Below are positions 30,408 through 39,796 of a DNA stretch of 64,000 bases, piece after piece (positions within the stretch are counted from its first letter, which is position 1; each line of letters starts with the position of its first letter). The notes beneath the pieces were generated by a model, which was given only the letters and a program-made list of their open reading frames with translations, ran no database searches and was not told the DNA's origin. The DNA comes from Spirochaetia bacterium. Its GTDB lineage: Bacteria > Spirochaetota > Spirochaetia > SP-2023. The stretch is from NCBI GenBank assembly GCA_965263295.1, contig OZ253665.1:1440001-1504000 (forward strand). The letters are read 5' to 3'. The position numbers and the translations under genes were made by a program.

Positions 30408-31355
30408 TTATCTCTCACGGTAGTTGCCCGCACGATAAGCCCCAAGCAAACGAGTGATTCCCTCTCTGAGTCCCACCTGCGGCTGCCAGCCCAAGTTGCG
30501 CAAACGCTTACTATCCATCAGCTTGCGCACAGTTCCATTAGGGTAATGGTCATCCCAACGAATCCGGCCACAAAAGCCTACTATTTCGGCCACCAGAGCG
30601 GCTAGTTCGCGGATTTCCAGATCGTAGCCGCTCCCAACATTGATAAATTCGCCAATTTCAACGGCATTAGAGTGTTCCATCAGGAAAATCGCCGCATTCG
30701 CCAAATCTTCAGAAAATAAAAACTCGCGACGCGGTGTGCCGTCACCCCAGAGCGTAACTTCTTCACGCCCCTCATCTACGGCATCGGCCATCTTGCGCAC
30801 CAAAGCAGGCAGCAAGTGCGAATTTTGCAAGTCAAAGTTATCGTTCGGACCATATAAGTTACACGGCATAGCTGAAATAAAATTACAGCCATATTGTTGA
30901 TTATAAGCATGACACATTTTTATAGCTGTAATTTTGGCCATTGCGTAAGCGGCATTAGTGCTCTCTAGCGGACCGGTTAGTAGGTACTCTTCTTTCATGG
31001 GCTGCGGTGCTTCTCGTGGATAAATACATGAAGAGCCAAGGTTTAGCAATTTGCTAACGCCATTGCGGTAAGCCGCGTCAATAATATTGGCGGCGATCAA
31101 AGTATTGATATAAATGAAATCTGCTGGATATTTTTGGTTGGCAACTATGCCACCGACCTTGGCAGCCGATAAAAAAACATATTCGGGGGCATGGATAGAA
31201 AAGTAATCGCGCACCTGAGCCTGCTCACACAAGTCTAGCTCAAGCCGTTCGGCACATATAATATTCTGGTAGCCACGGCGCTGCAATTCTTGTAATATAG
31301 CTGAACCCACCATGCCCCGATGCCCAGCGACGAATATCCGGCTGTCTTTATTCAT
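30408..31355 (-). CDS. fcl: GDP-L-fucose synthase
   Basis: VAGHRGMVGSA, AAKVGGI, LGSSCIYP, YAMAK and WGDGTPRREFL. Confidence 0.96.
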   Translation of the reverse strand: MNKDSRIFVAGHRGMVGSAILQELQRRGYQNIICAERLELDLCEQAQVRDYFSIHAPEYVFLSAAKVGGIVANQKYPADFIYINTLIAANIIDAAYRNGVSKLLNLGSSCIYPREAPQPMKEEYLLTGPLESTNAAYAMAKITAIKMCHAYNQQYGCNFISAMPCNLYGPNDNFDLQNSHLLPALVRKMADAVDEGREEVTLWGDGTPRREFLFSEDLANAAIFLMEHSNAVEIGEFINVGSGYDLEIRELAALVAEIVGFCGRIRWDDHYPNGTVRKLMDSKRLRNLGWQPQVGLREGITRLLGAYRAGNYRER

Positions 31356-31570
31356 ATTTTTTCCACCTTACCGTAATCATGCCCGACATATATTCAACAG
31401 CTGCCAGATATCTGCTATCCCACAAAAAGCCGAAGTAAATAGCTGTTCGTTTCCATTAAAAGCTTGCCTAATAAATCAATACTATTACCAGTTTTCCGGC
31501 TTATCCTGCCACCGCACACATCGACATTGTTCCCAAACCCTCTCGCTCCAAGTCTCCTTTTCCGAAAAAT

Positions 31571-33124
31571 TCACTCATTGTCTTGCTCTCCTGCCGGAGC
31601 CTCAGAATCAAGGTCTTGCATATTGACGTCCGCGACATCATCTTTTGGGGAGTCAGCGCCCGTGAACTCTTCACTGCGGGACAATTGTTTTAACAGACCC
31701 TCAACGAAAATCTCAGGGGTCTTATGCCCCTGCAGCAGTTTCCAGGTTTCCTCGTTGAGCAACTGGTTGAAGTCTTTGGACAAATACATACTAGGGCGAT
31801 AATAAACATAGTTTATGCTTTGAAGAAAGTTAATCGTCTCGGACATAACTTTGTCCTCTTCATCATCCACAACAACTACGTGACTAGCTGGCCCCGGGAT
31901 TCCCCATTCCTGAATGCGCAGTGCATTGGCATAATATCCTGTAAAATATTGAAACACCGAAGTTACTTCATTGTAATGCATTGGATTATAACTGTTAACT
32001 TTTTCAGACAATGCAATTCCCCCAAAATCCCCCAGTAACGCCCCCTTCTTCCGTTGTTGGGTAATATTTTCCTGGTTCTCCATCAGGGCCCAATCCTCAG
32101 ATAAGAAACCGAAGTAATTTTGAGATCGTTCGGCATCTTGCCTTTGCCTCACAACTTGGGGAAAGGCAAGCCAATCGACATTAAATTTACTGTTGCGCAT
32201 CAAGGGCAACAAATTTTGATTGCTGCCAATGATCAACAAGACCTGGCCATCCAAAAACATTCCTTCAGCATTGTCTTCACTGAGCTTGGCCAGCGAAGGA
32301 TCGGGAAATAGCTCCCGAAAGCGACTGTAAAAACCCAGAAGAGCATCGGACATACTCGTCGATTGCCAATATTTTTCGCGTCCCTTGGCAAGACGTCTGA
32401 TCCCATAGCGATTTATCCCACCAATTACGACACTGAAAAACAGATCTCCCAGGCTAGAGGGAGAGGCGTCATCTACAACCAGAAAGTTAATACCATGATC
32501 CTTCACAATCTGGGCCAAATTTAAGAAATCCTCGTAACTATTCAAGTTGCGAACATTCTCCACTAGCGTGTTATTAATGCTCTCCAATAAATCCATGTTG
32601 ACTAGCATGACATTGTCATAATCATAGCGCAGAGGAAAAATTTTCACCGGCTCATATTTGTCAGCCAGGTTGAATGAACTAATATCGTATGTATTCAACC
32701 AAGCCGCGTAACGCAAATCCACCAAATTGTCCGAATTCAGTATCGGTGCGTACTGACTATTATACCAAACTGAAAAAATATCGGGCAGCTGATCTGTATT
32801 AAACAAAAACTGAACTTTTTCAAAATATTTGACTGTATCGTTGAAGAACTCAAGCTCCAAGTCCGCGTTAGAGAAAATCTCGTTATATTTGCGCAGAAAC
32901 TTCTCTTCCTGCTCGTTGTCGGTATATATCAAGGCACTGACTTGATAATTGACGCGATCGTAGCCACACGAATTCAGAAGCAATACCGACAGGACAGCAA
33001 ACCCGATAATAACCGCCAGGCTGACCCTTGCTCTTGCCAAGCGACTGCAGTTTGCCGCTTTACCTCTTACAAGCGCGTTATTATCGACCATGTGCCTGAC
33101 CTTGTGAATTGATATACTTGTCAC
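31571..33124 (-). CDS. Extracellular solute-binding lipoprotein (sugar ABC SBP-like), orphan
   Basis: Lipobox-like LLLNS-C and SBP_bac_1-like segments (QLPDIFSVW, NLVDL, MLVNMDLL). No permease is adjacent. Confidence 0.6.
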   Translation of the reverse strand: MTSISIHKVRHMVDNNALVRGKAANCSRLARARVSLAVIIGFAVLSVLLLNSCGYDRVNYQVSALIYTDNEQEEKFLRKYNEIFSNADLELEFFNDTVKYFEKVQFLFNTDQLPDIFSVWYNSQYAPILNSDNLVDLRYAAWLNTYDISSFNLADKYEPVKIFPLRYDYDNVMLVNMDLLESINNTLVENVRNLNSYEDFLNLAQIVKDHGINFLVVDDASPSSLGDLFFSVVIGGINRYGIRRLAKGREKYWQSTSMSDALLGFYSRFRELFPDPSLAKLSEDNAEGMFLDGQVLLIIGSNQNLLPLMRNSKFNVDWLAFPQVVRQRQDAERSQNYFGFLSEDWALMENQENITQQRKKGALLGDFGGIALSEKVNSYNPMHYNEVTSVFQYFTGYYANALRIQEWGIPGPASHVVVVDDEEDKVMSETINFLQSINYVYYRPSMYLSKDFNQLLNEETWKLLQGHKTPEIFVEGLLKQLSRSEEFTGADSPKDDVADVNMQDLDSEAPAGEQDNE

Positions 33125-33304
33125 TTTGCGTTATTTCCATTGCTTCCATCGGCTCCCTCGCCATACCTTGTCGCCCCCTTGTTCTCCGAGCCAATTTGCT
33201 GCAAAATAAGCTGAGTATACGGCCGCTAGCTTAATCGCTTTAGCAAACTATGGCAAACCCAAATACCAGCTTTTATATACCGCATTACTTTCAGGGAAAT
33301 ACTC

Positions 33305-34714
33305 TTGCAAATAGCCCAGATCATACAACAGCTGCGTGACAAGCAACAGTACCGCAGCATGGAATGTTTTCCAGCAGCGGGGGGCCTACTACTGCCTGCG
33401 GCAAGTGAATTGACCAGATCACTGCTAAGTTTCAGCGCCAATGACTATTTAAACCTCTCTCGACATCCCAATGTCCAAGAAGCTGCCATTTACGCGCTGC
33501 GGCACTATGGCTGCAGCGCTGCCTCCTCACGCCTTCTATCCGGCCATCTGGAAGTGCATCGGGAACTGGAAGAACAGTTGGCATTGTGGTCGGGATACTA
33601 CGAAGCCGCGCTATGCTTTGGCAGCGGCTATCTGGCCAACTGCGGCCTTTTGCAAGCCGTAATTGAACCCAATGCCCTAGTCCTATTCGACAAGTTAAAT
33701 CACGCCAGTCTGGTCGATGGCCTACGCCTGGCTCAGGCCACCCAAAGCAGTCTGCGCAGTTTGCGCAGTTTGCAAGGGCAAAGACTAGAATGGCAGCGCT
33801 ACAAACATTGCAACATGCCTGACCTAGAAAATAAATTACAAACTGCCCGAATCAAAGATGCGCGGCGGCCGATCTGGTTGGTCACGGACTCGCTTTTTAG
33901 TATGGACGGCGATATCGCGCCGTTGTGGCAGTTAGCTCAGCTGGCCGAGCGTTACCAGTTTCGTTGGATTATAGACGAGGCCCATGCCGTCGGCATCTAC
34001 GGTCCCACAGGGGCCGGCTTGCACCAAGTTTTAGGAACTCTAGCCCGGATACGGAAATCGCAGCCTCAGCGCCCTCAGGCACAAGGACCAAATGAAGGGC
34101 AGAATGGCGACTTGCGACTGCCAGACTTTGTCACGGCCAACCTGGCTAAAGCCCTGGGCAGCTACGGCGGCTACTGCCTGTGCAGCGCCGAATGGAAGGA
34201 CTATCTGGTTAATTTTTGCCGCAGTCTGATCTATTCCACCGGCTTGCCGCCGGCGAGTGCCGCCGCGGCAATCGCCGCGATTCAAATCGTACGGCGGGAG
34301 AGCCAGAACCCGCCCGGCACAAGGGCGAAGGCGCCACCCCCAATCATGGCTGCCGACTGGCTTTCACAGAGCGCAGCATCCAAGCCGCTCGCTCAAGGCC
34401 TCGGTCGCGAGCTGCTACATCGTAGCTCCAGGTTTTACCGCCAGCTGCAAACCCTCCCCCTCCCCGCCGCAGCCCTGCTACCCTGGCAAAGCCCCATCGT
34501 CCCCGTAATCCTGGGCGAAAATCAACCGACTCTGGCGGCTTCGGCACAATTGCGTGAGCACGGCATCGTAGTCAAAGCGATCCGCAGCCCAACCGTGCCC
34601 GCCGGCAAGGCCCGCCTGCGTTTCTCTCTGAGCCTTGCCCACACCGAGGCCAATTTGCAATATTGCGCCGAACGAATCGCCGAATTCGCACCCGCCATAC
34701 CGCCCAAGCAATAG
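33305..34714 (+). CDS. bioF: 8-amino-7-oxononanoate synthase
   Basis: FSANDYLNL, FGSGYLAN, DKLNHASLVDG, DSLFSMDGD, DEAHAVG, LAKALG and AIRSPTVP. Confidence 0.94.
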   Translation: MQIAQIIQQLRDKQQYRSMECFPAAGGLLLPAASELTRSLLSFSANDYLNLSRHPNVQEAAIYALRHYGCSAASSRLLSGHLEVHRELEEQLALWSGYYEAALCFGSGYLANCGLLQAVIEPNALVLFDKLNHASLVDGLRLAQATQSSLRSLRSLQGQRLEWQRYKHCNMPDLENKLQTARIKDARRPIWLVTDSLFSMDGDIAPLWQLAQLAERYQFRWIIDEAHAVGIYGPTGAGLHQVLGTLARIRKSQPQRPQAQGPNEGQNGDLRLPDFVTANLAKALGSYGGYCLCSAEWKDYLVNFCRSLIYSTGLPPASAAAAIAAIQIVRRESQNPPGTRAKAPPPIMAADWLSQSAASKPLAQGLGRELLHRSSRFYRQLQTLPLPAAALLPWQSPIVPVILGENQPTLAASAQLREHGIVVKAIRSPTVPAGKARLRFSLSLAHTEANLQYCAERIAEFAPAIPPKQ

Positions 34715-34811
34715 GGCCCGTTTGCCCTCACAACCTGGAAAACTTGCTCTCAGCGCGACCGACGCGACCTTGGGCTGAGTTTTGGGGGTGGATTTGGAGT
34801 AACCAGTAAAA

Positions 34812-35723
34812 ATGGAGACTGTTGTTGCATGTATCAGCGGCTGGGGAAGCCGCTGCGAAATTTTTTCTGAATTATTATCCCATTGCCCACAATTGGCAGG
34901 CCGCAGACGTATTGATTTATCGTGGCAAGATTTTGTCGCTATCCCTCAGCCAAGCGAGCGCCGCGCCGCTCTGCGCCAGAGGCTCTTGCAGAAATTAGTG
35001 GAGCCAGCAGCGTCAAAAGAGGGCGGTCGTGAAGAGTATTCAGGCGCTCTCAAACGCCGAGAAGCCGCGGCCATCCTGCTGCAAAAAGATATACTGTTAT
35101 TAGGTTGGTCACTGGGCAGCCTGCTGTGTCTGGAATTAAGCTTGGAATTAAGCTCAATTCCAGACCGGGGAATTCATACAGAGTTTGCCCCGGAGCTTGG
35201 ACAAACGCCGGGCCACTTGGGCCTGATACTTTTGAGCCCGACCGCCGCCATGTGCGGCACAATGTGCCGCACATGGCGCGCAGGGTCCCCATATCCCGGA
35301 GTTCCGCCTGTGGCCCTAAAGCTGATGCAACGCGGAATCAATCAGCCACAAAACAATGTATTACAAGATTTTGCCAAAAACTGCCGGGCTCCCGGCCAAA
35401 CAGAAGGCGCATTCGTCGCCAAATATACCGAGCAGGCCCAATCCTTTAGCCCCGAAGAACTCAAACTAGGGCTGGATTATCTCTTGAACTGCGACTTGCG
35501 CGCAGAATTACAGCAAAAAAATTTTCCCTATGACGCACTGCTCTTCAGTGGCCGCAGTGATGCGATTGTCCCCAGCGCACAGAGCGCAGTTCTGGCTCAT
35601 CTGTTATTTGGTGAACCCACAGGATCTAGGCAATTACAGCTGCTGAATGGCGGCCACAATCTACTGTGTCCCCCTAGTGCCGAGCTGCTCGGCAAACTTG
35701 ACGATTATTTCAACCGGCGTTAG
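34812..35723 (+). CDS. bioH: Pimeloyl-ACP methyl ester carboxylesterase BioH-like alpha/beta hydrolase
   Basis: SGWG, GWSLG nucleophile elbow, GRSDAIVP and GGH; directly after bioF. Confidence 0.78.
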   Translation: METVVACISGWGSRCEIFSELLSHCPQLAGRRRIDLSWQDFVAIPQPSERRAALRQRLLQKLVEPAASKEGGREEYSGALKRREAAAILLQKDILLLGWSLGSLLCLELSLELSSIPDRGIHTEFAPELGQTPGHLGLILLSPTAAMCGTMCRTWRAGSPYPGVPPVALKLMQRGINQPQNNVLQDFAKNCRAPGQTEGAFVAKYTEQAQSFSPEELKLGLDYLLNCDLRAELQQKNFPYDALLFSGRSDAIVPSAQSAVLAHLLFGEPTGSRQLQLLNGGHNLLCPPSAELLGKLDDYFNRR

Positions 35724-35930
35724 CCAGCCCGGTCTAATCGTCTTTGAGCCGATTGAAACTACGGTAAAAGCTTTAAATATGGCCAAATGAAACTAATACA
35801 GCCTCAAGCAGCAGTATCTGAGAGCAACTGATAAATGCATAGAAAAATTTAAAGCTTGCCCCGCCTAGGCAGCCCTCGCCTGCGCCTAGTTTGTATCCAG
35901 TCTGGCGCCACTCAACGGACAGGCGATTTA

Positions 35931-37010
35931 TCAGCGAGAATATACGGCATGGAGCTCATAAGCTGGTCTCTCGTAAGGATGTTCGCGCTGCAAGGCAGCC
36001 AAGACATGGCCCAGGCAACTGGCAGGGCAGAGCAGTTCCAGCTTGTACTCGGGCAGTCGGCAGAGCTCGTAAGGCCGCCCAATCACCGGCATGCTGGCTT
36101 CCTGCGGCAAGAACTGTCCCAGCCCTTCACTCTGCCAGCTACAGTTGCGATACGTTCCCAATTCGCCGGCCCCCGCCGCAAATAGAGCCTGCTTGAGTTT
36201 CTCCAAACTTTCGCCCTGGGATTCGGGCTGCTTTGGCACAAAAACCACCAATTTCCATTGCTGTTCACTCAAAGCTTGTTCGCACAGGGCTTGCTCCCCG
36301 CCCCCACTTTTGTCTTGGGCACCCAGGCTCGCGTTTTGACTTGCCATCCCAGCTGACGCCATTTTCGTCTTCTCCGTCTGGCTGCCCGTATCTGCGGCCG
36401 TTTTTTTATCCAGGTTTTTATCCATGATTTTATTTATGGCTTCAGCTACCTTCTCTTCTATGGACGGAACTTCAGGCGTGACTATCGCTGCCTGTAGAGG
36501 AACCAGATCCCTGCGGTAACGCTGTGCCAGCTCGCAATAAACCCGGGCGTTGGTCAGAATATTCTGCCGCCCTGTGGAGCTTAAATCTTTGTGACGCCTG
36601 GCCGGAAATCCGAGGATAAACGAGTGCGGTGGAAACTTAGAGCCCGGCGGCAGCAGCGCTCCCGCAGCCACAAGGCTGCCCTCGCCCACCTCACAACCGT
36701 CTAACAACGTGGCCCCCATCCCGATCAGACAATCATCGGCAATCTTGCAACCGTGCAAGGTCACGCCGTGGCCAATAGTCACATTTTCGCCAATGTAGAG
36801 TGGCATACCATAATTTGTGTGCAGAGAACTGTTTTCCTGGACATTGCTGGCCTTGCCCACGACAATCTCTTCAATATCCCCGCGCAGCACAGCGCCCATC
36901 CAAACCGAGGCCCCGGCCATGACCCGCACCCGGCCGATCACCTGGGCCGAATCGGCAATATAGCAATCTGCAGCCAGCCGCGGCTGCTCGTTTCCCAAAC
37001 GATAAATCAT
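35931..37010 (-). CDS. Gamma-carbonic anhydrase family (YrdA-like) fused to a YqfO/NIF3 PII-like domain
   Basis: N-terminal hexapeptide repeats (VLRGD, NVQENSSLH, TIGHGVTLHGC) and C-terminal KLVVFVP...ALFAAGAG..GTYRNCSW...GQF...HPYERPAY. Confidence 0.85.
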   Translation of the reverse strand: MIYRLGNEQPRLAADCYIADSAQVIGRVRVMAGASVWMGAVLRGDIEEIVVGKASNVQENSSLHTNYGMPLYIGENVTIGHGVTLHGCKIADDCLIGMGATLLDGCEVGEGSLVAAGALLPPGSKFPPHSFILGFPARRHKDLSSTGRQNILTNARVYCELAQRYRRDLVPLQAAIVTPEVPSIEEKVAEAINKIMDKNLDKKTAADTGSQTEKTKMASAGMASQNASLGAQDKSGGGEQALCEQALSEQQWKLVVFVPKQPESQGESLEKLKQALFAAGAGELGTYRNCSWQSEGLGQFLPQEASMPVIGRPYELCRLPEYKLELLCPASCLGHVLAALQREHPYERPAYELHAVYSR

Positions 37011-37033
37011 ATCTCCAGCTCCTTCAATCTTCC

Positions 37034-37065
37034 ACCTGATTCAGCCGGGCCCGGCGGAATCAGGT
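37034..37065. terminator. GC-rich hairpin, possible terminator
   Basis: ACCTGATTC-AGCCGGGCCCGGCG-GAATCAGGT, just downstream of the glycosylase gene. No clear U-tract. Confidence 0.35.
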
Positions 37066-37087
37066 TGAGGGCATTGATAACATCCAG

Positions 37088-37534
37088 TCATATCTTGGTC
37101 GCGGTCATGCGTTCCCAGCTGGCTACCTTTCCATCGACAATCAAGAACAAGGGGTGCGGCTCTATATCTTGCAGATCCTTGAGCTCTTGCAAAAGTTTGT
37201 TGTCCCTGTTGGCTATTTTACTCAAAAAATGCTGCCATTCATAGTCGACTTGCCCCGAACTTACCTCAATGGGGGCAATGGCCTTTTTATCTGCAACGAT
37301 TTTTGAACGTTGAAATTTATAAGTGCGCCTGTCCGCTTCATCACAGACGGCATGAAGGTAGTTACAGATAGCCTGAGGAGGGCATCCCTGCTCTTTAAAT
37401 CGTAGCAGCTGCGGATGATTTCTGTAGCCTTTGGTTTTGCCAAGCAGTACGCTTTGCGCGAGCAAAGTTTCGCGCCACAAGGCAATTAAGCCCTTGGTAT
37501 CCAGATACTGCGGATGAATGCTCCAAATACGCAT
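37088..37534 (-). CDS. Pyrimidine dimer DNA glycosylase / endonuclease V (T4 DenV-like family)
   Basis: MRIWSIHPQYLDTKGLIALWRETLLAQ...GYRNHPQL. Start set at the ATG at 37534. Confidence 0.85.
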   Translation of the reverse strand: MRIWSIHPQYLDTKGLIALWRETLLAQSVLLGKTKGYRNHPQLLRFKEQGCPPQAICNYLHAVCDEADRRTYKFQRSKIVADKKAIAPIEVSSGQVDYEWQHFLSKIANRDNKLLQELKDLQDIEPHPLFLIVDGKVASWERMTATKI

Positions 37535-37680
37535 ACGCCCATTATACCCCAGAAAACCTATGAATGTAAATAGTTTTTGCCAGACCAGAAACAATCGACA
37601 GTCTTCATTTTTACGATGCGGTGGTGTGGAACTTGAAGAATGCCTTTCACGCCATTTTCGGAGTGGAGCAGTAACCAGGG

Positions 37681-38145
37681 GTGAAGAAGAAATGGATTGA
37701 GGGCGATTTTCCTATTGATTGCACGGACGATGTGCGCGGGATTTATTGGCAGGGCAGAGCTGATCGTATCATGGTATTCAACAAAACAATTCCATTTATA
37801 AAAAAGAACATTTATATTTTTCTGTTGGCATCAAATAAAGAAAACGCAACTTCGGACATCAAAACGCCAAGCAAATATATTGCGCTCGATGAGCTTAAAG
37901 GAGGTATTGATCCTGCTGGCGCAGATGAGCAATGGAAAACTGCGCGAACGACTATTGAGAGGATTCTCAAAAGCTTTTCTACCGAAGATTCCTCTGTGAA
38001 AACTTTTTTTGTGGGGGCTGCGATTGAAAAAGCCATGTCTGAAGAAATTGGGAACTGGCTGCAAAACGGTAAGCTCAGCAACGCCGGGGACCTCACAAAT
38101 AAGGACCATGTGGCGTCTATTTGTAATTGGCTTGCGGGAATTTAA
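37681..38145 (+). pseudogene. C-terminal fragment of an AvaI/BsoBI-family type II restriction endonuclease
   Basis: ELKGGIDPAGADE.WKTA...TFFVGAAIEKAM.EEI is the BsoBI/AvaI signature. The N-terminal half is absent and no methyltransferase is adjacent. Confidence 0.8.
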
Positions 38146-38398
38146 AAACTAAACCACCATTTGGATCTATACGATCTTCAACGAACTTTCCGGCCGTCGC
38201 TCCTGTCCATGTTTCTGTACTTTTTGCGCTTGCTCGCCGCGGAAAGGCATTGGGTTTGTTCCCGCTCGCAAGCAAGTGGGCGGAGCATCAAGCCTTTTGA
38301 AGCCTTCTCGAGCTTCTTGTGTAAAAGCTCTAATATTCCCTAGCTTAACCGAATATCAGCCCAATATCACCAAAATTTGGATTTTGGCACAAATTTTT

Positions 38399-38428
38399 TT
38401 GACAATTGGCCCAAGACTCTTGTAATAT
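38399..38428 (+). promoter_or_regulatory. Putative sigma70 promoter of the uxuA cluster
   Basis: TTGACA (38399-38404), 18-nt spacer, TAATAT (38423-38428). Confidence 0.4.
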
Positions 38429-38596
38429 TACTCAAGCCTTTGAAAAACGAACTAGGCATTTTCGATGGAATTCACGCATTCGTTGTCCAATGAGACTGCG
38501 GAGCCGCGGAGATACGGATCAATGCAGCTAACAATCTCGCTGCCCATGGCCGAGTCGCGCTGGCTCTTGGTATTCCGCGACGTAGGGGGTCGCAAA

Positions 38597-39796
38597 ATGA
38601 TTGAAAGTTGGCGTTGGTACGGCCCCAGCGACAAGGTAACGCCAGACGACATCGCGCAGGCCGGCGCCAGGCATGTTGTGACGGCCTTGCACCATGTGCC
38701 CAATGGCGAAGTATGGACGTTGGAAGAAATCGAAAAACGCCAGCGGATGCTTGCGGCCAAAGGGCTGCTGTGGTCTGTTGTCGAAAGTCTGCCGGTACAT
38801 GAGGACATCAAGACCCGCACCGGGGGCTATCGCGGCTATATCGACAACTATTGCCAGAGTCTGCGGAACCTGGCGGCCCGTGGCATTGCGCTCGTCTGTT
38901 ATAATTTCATGCCGGTACTGGACTGGACGCGCACGAATCTTGAGTATGTTTTGCCGAATGGCGCCAAGGCGCTGCGCTTTGATCAGATAGATCTGGCTGC
39001 GTTTGATCTGCACATTCTGCAGCGCGAGCACGCTGCCGGCAACTACAGCGCGCGAGAAATAGCGCTGGCGGCACAGCGTCATGCCGCCATGGGCGAAGAG
39101 GAACGAGAGAGACTGACGGGCAATATTCTGATGGGGCTGCCCGGCGCGCAAGAACATTACACGCTGGAAGAGTTTCGCGCGCACTTGGGCCGATACGACG
39201 GGTTGGATGCGGCGGCTTTGCGCCAGAATTTGTCGGCGTTCTTGCAAGCCATTATTCCGACGGCGGAAACGGCAGGCGTTCGGATGGCGATTCATCCAGA
39301 TGATCCGCCGCGTCCGATTTTGGGCTTGCCGCGGGTGATGTCGACACAGAGAGACATGGACGCATTGCGGGAAGCGCTTCCCAGCCGATCAAATGGCTTT
39401 ACCTTTTGCACGGGATCGTACGGCGTGCGCGCCGACAACGCGTTGCCGGAGATGTTTGCCAAGCATGCCGACAGAATTTATTTCGCCCATTTTCGTTCCA
39501 CGCGGCGCGATCGGGAAAATCCTCACAGTTTTACCGAAGCCGAGCACCTAGGGGGTGACGTCGACATGTACGCCATGATGAAAAGCCTGCTGACCGAGGA
39601 GCGGCGACGCGGGGAGGACATTCCGGTGCGCCCCGACCATGGGCATCAGATACTGGACGATTTGGACAAGACGCAGAGCAATCCCGGTTATACGGCGATT
39701 GGTCGCTTGAAAGGCTTAGCGGAACTGCGCGGTCTCGCACTGGGTATTCAGAGGTCTTGCCCGGCTTTGCGTCCGCGGTCGGAAGGAAAGCCTTGA
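38597..39796 (+). CDS. uxuA: D-mannonate dehydratase
   Basis: [39 protein letters not shown] and RPDHGH. Start at ATG 38597 after AGGGGG. Confidence 0.96.
   Translation: MIESWRWYGPSDKVTPDDIAQAGARHVVTALHHVPNGEVWTLEEIEKRQRMLAAKGLLWSVVESLPVHEDIKTRTGGYRGYIDNYCQSLRNLAARGIALVCYNFMPVLDWTRTNLEYVLPNGAKALRFDQIDLAAFDLHILQREHAAGNYSAREIALAAQRHAAMGEEERERLTGNILMGLPGAQEHYTLEEFRAHLGRYDGLDAAALRQNLSAFLQAIIPTAETAGVRMAIHPDDPPRPILGLPRVMSTQRDMDALREALPSRSNGFTFCTGSYGVRADNALPEMFAKHADRIYFAHFRSTRRDRENPHSFTEAEHLGGDVDMYAMMKSLLTEERRRGEDIPVRPDHGHQILDDLDKTQSNPGYTAIGRLKGLAELRGLALGIQRSCPALRPRSEGKP

Noticed and set aside
38528..39295. 255-aa minus-strand ORF
   Set aside because: Antisense shadow of uxuA.
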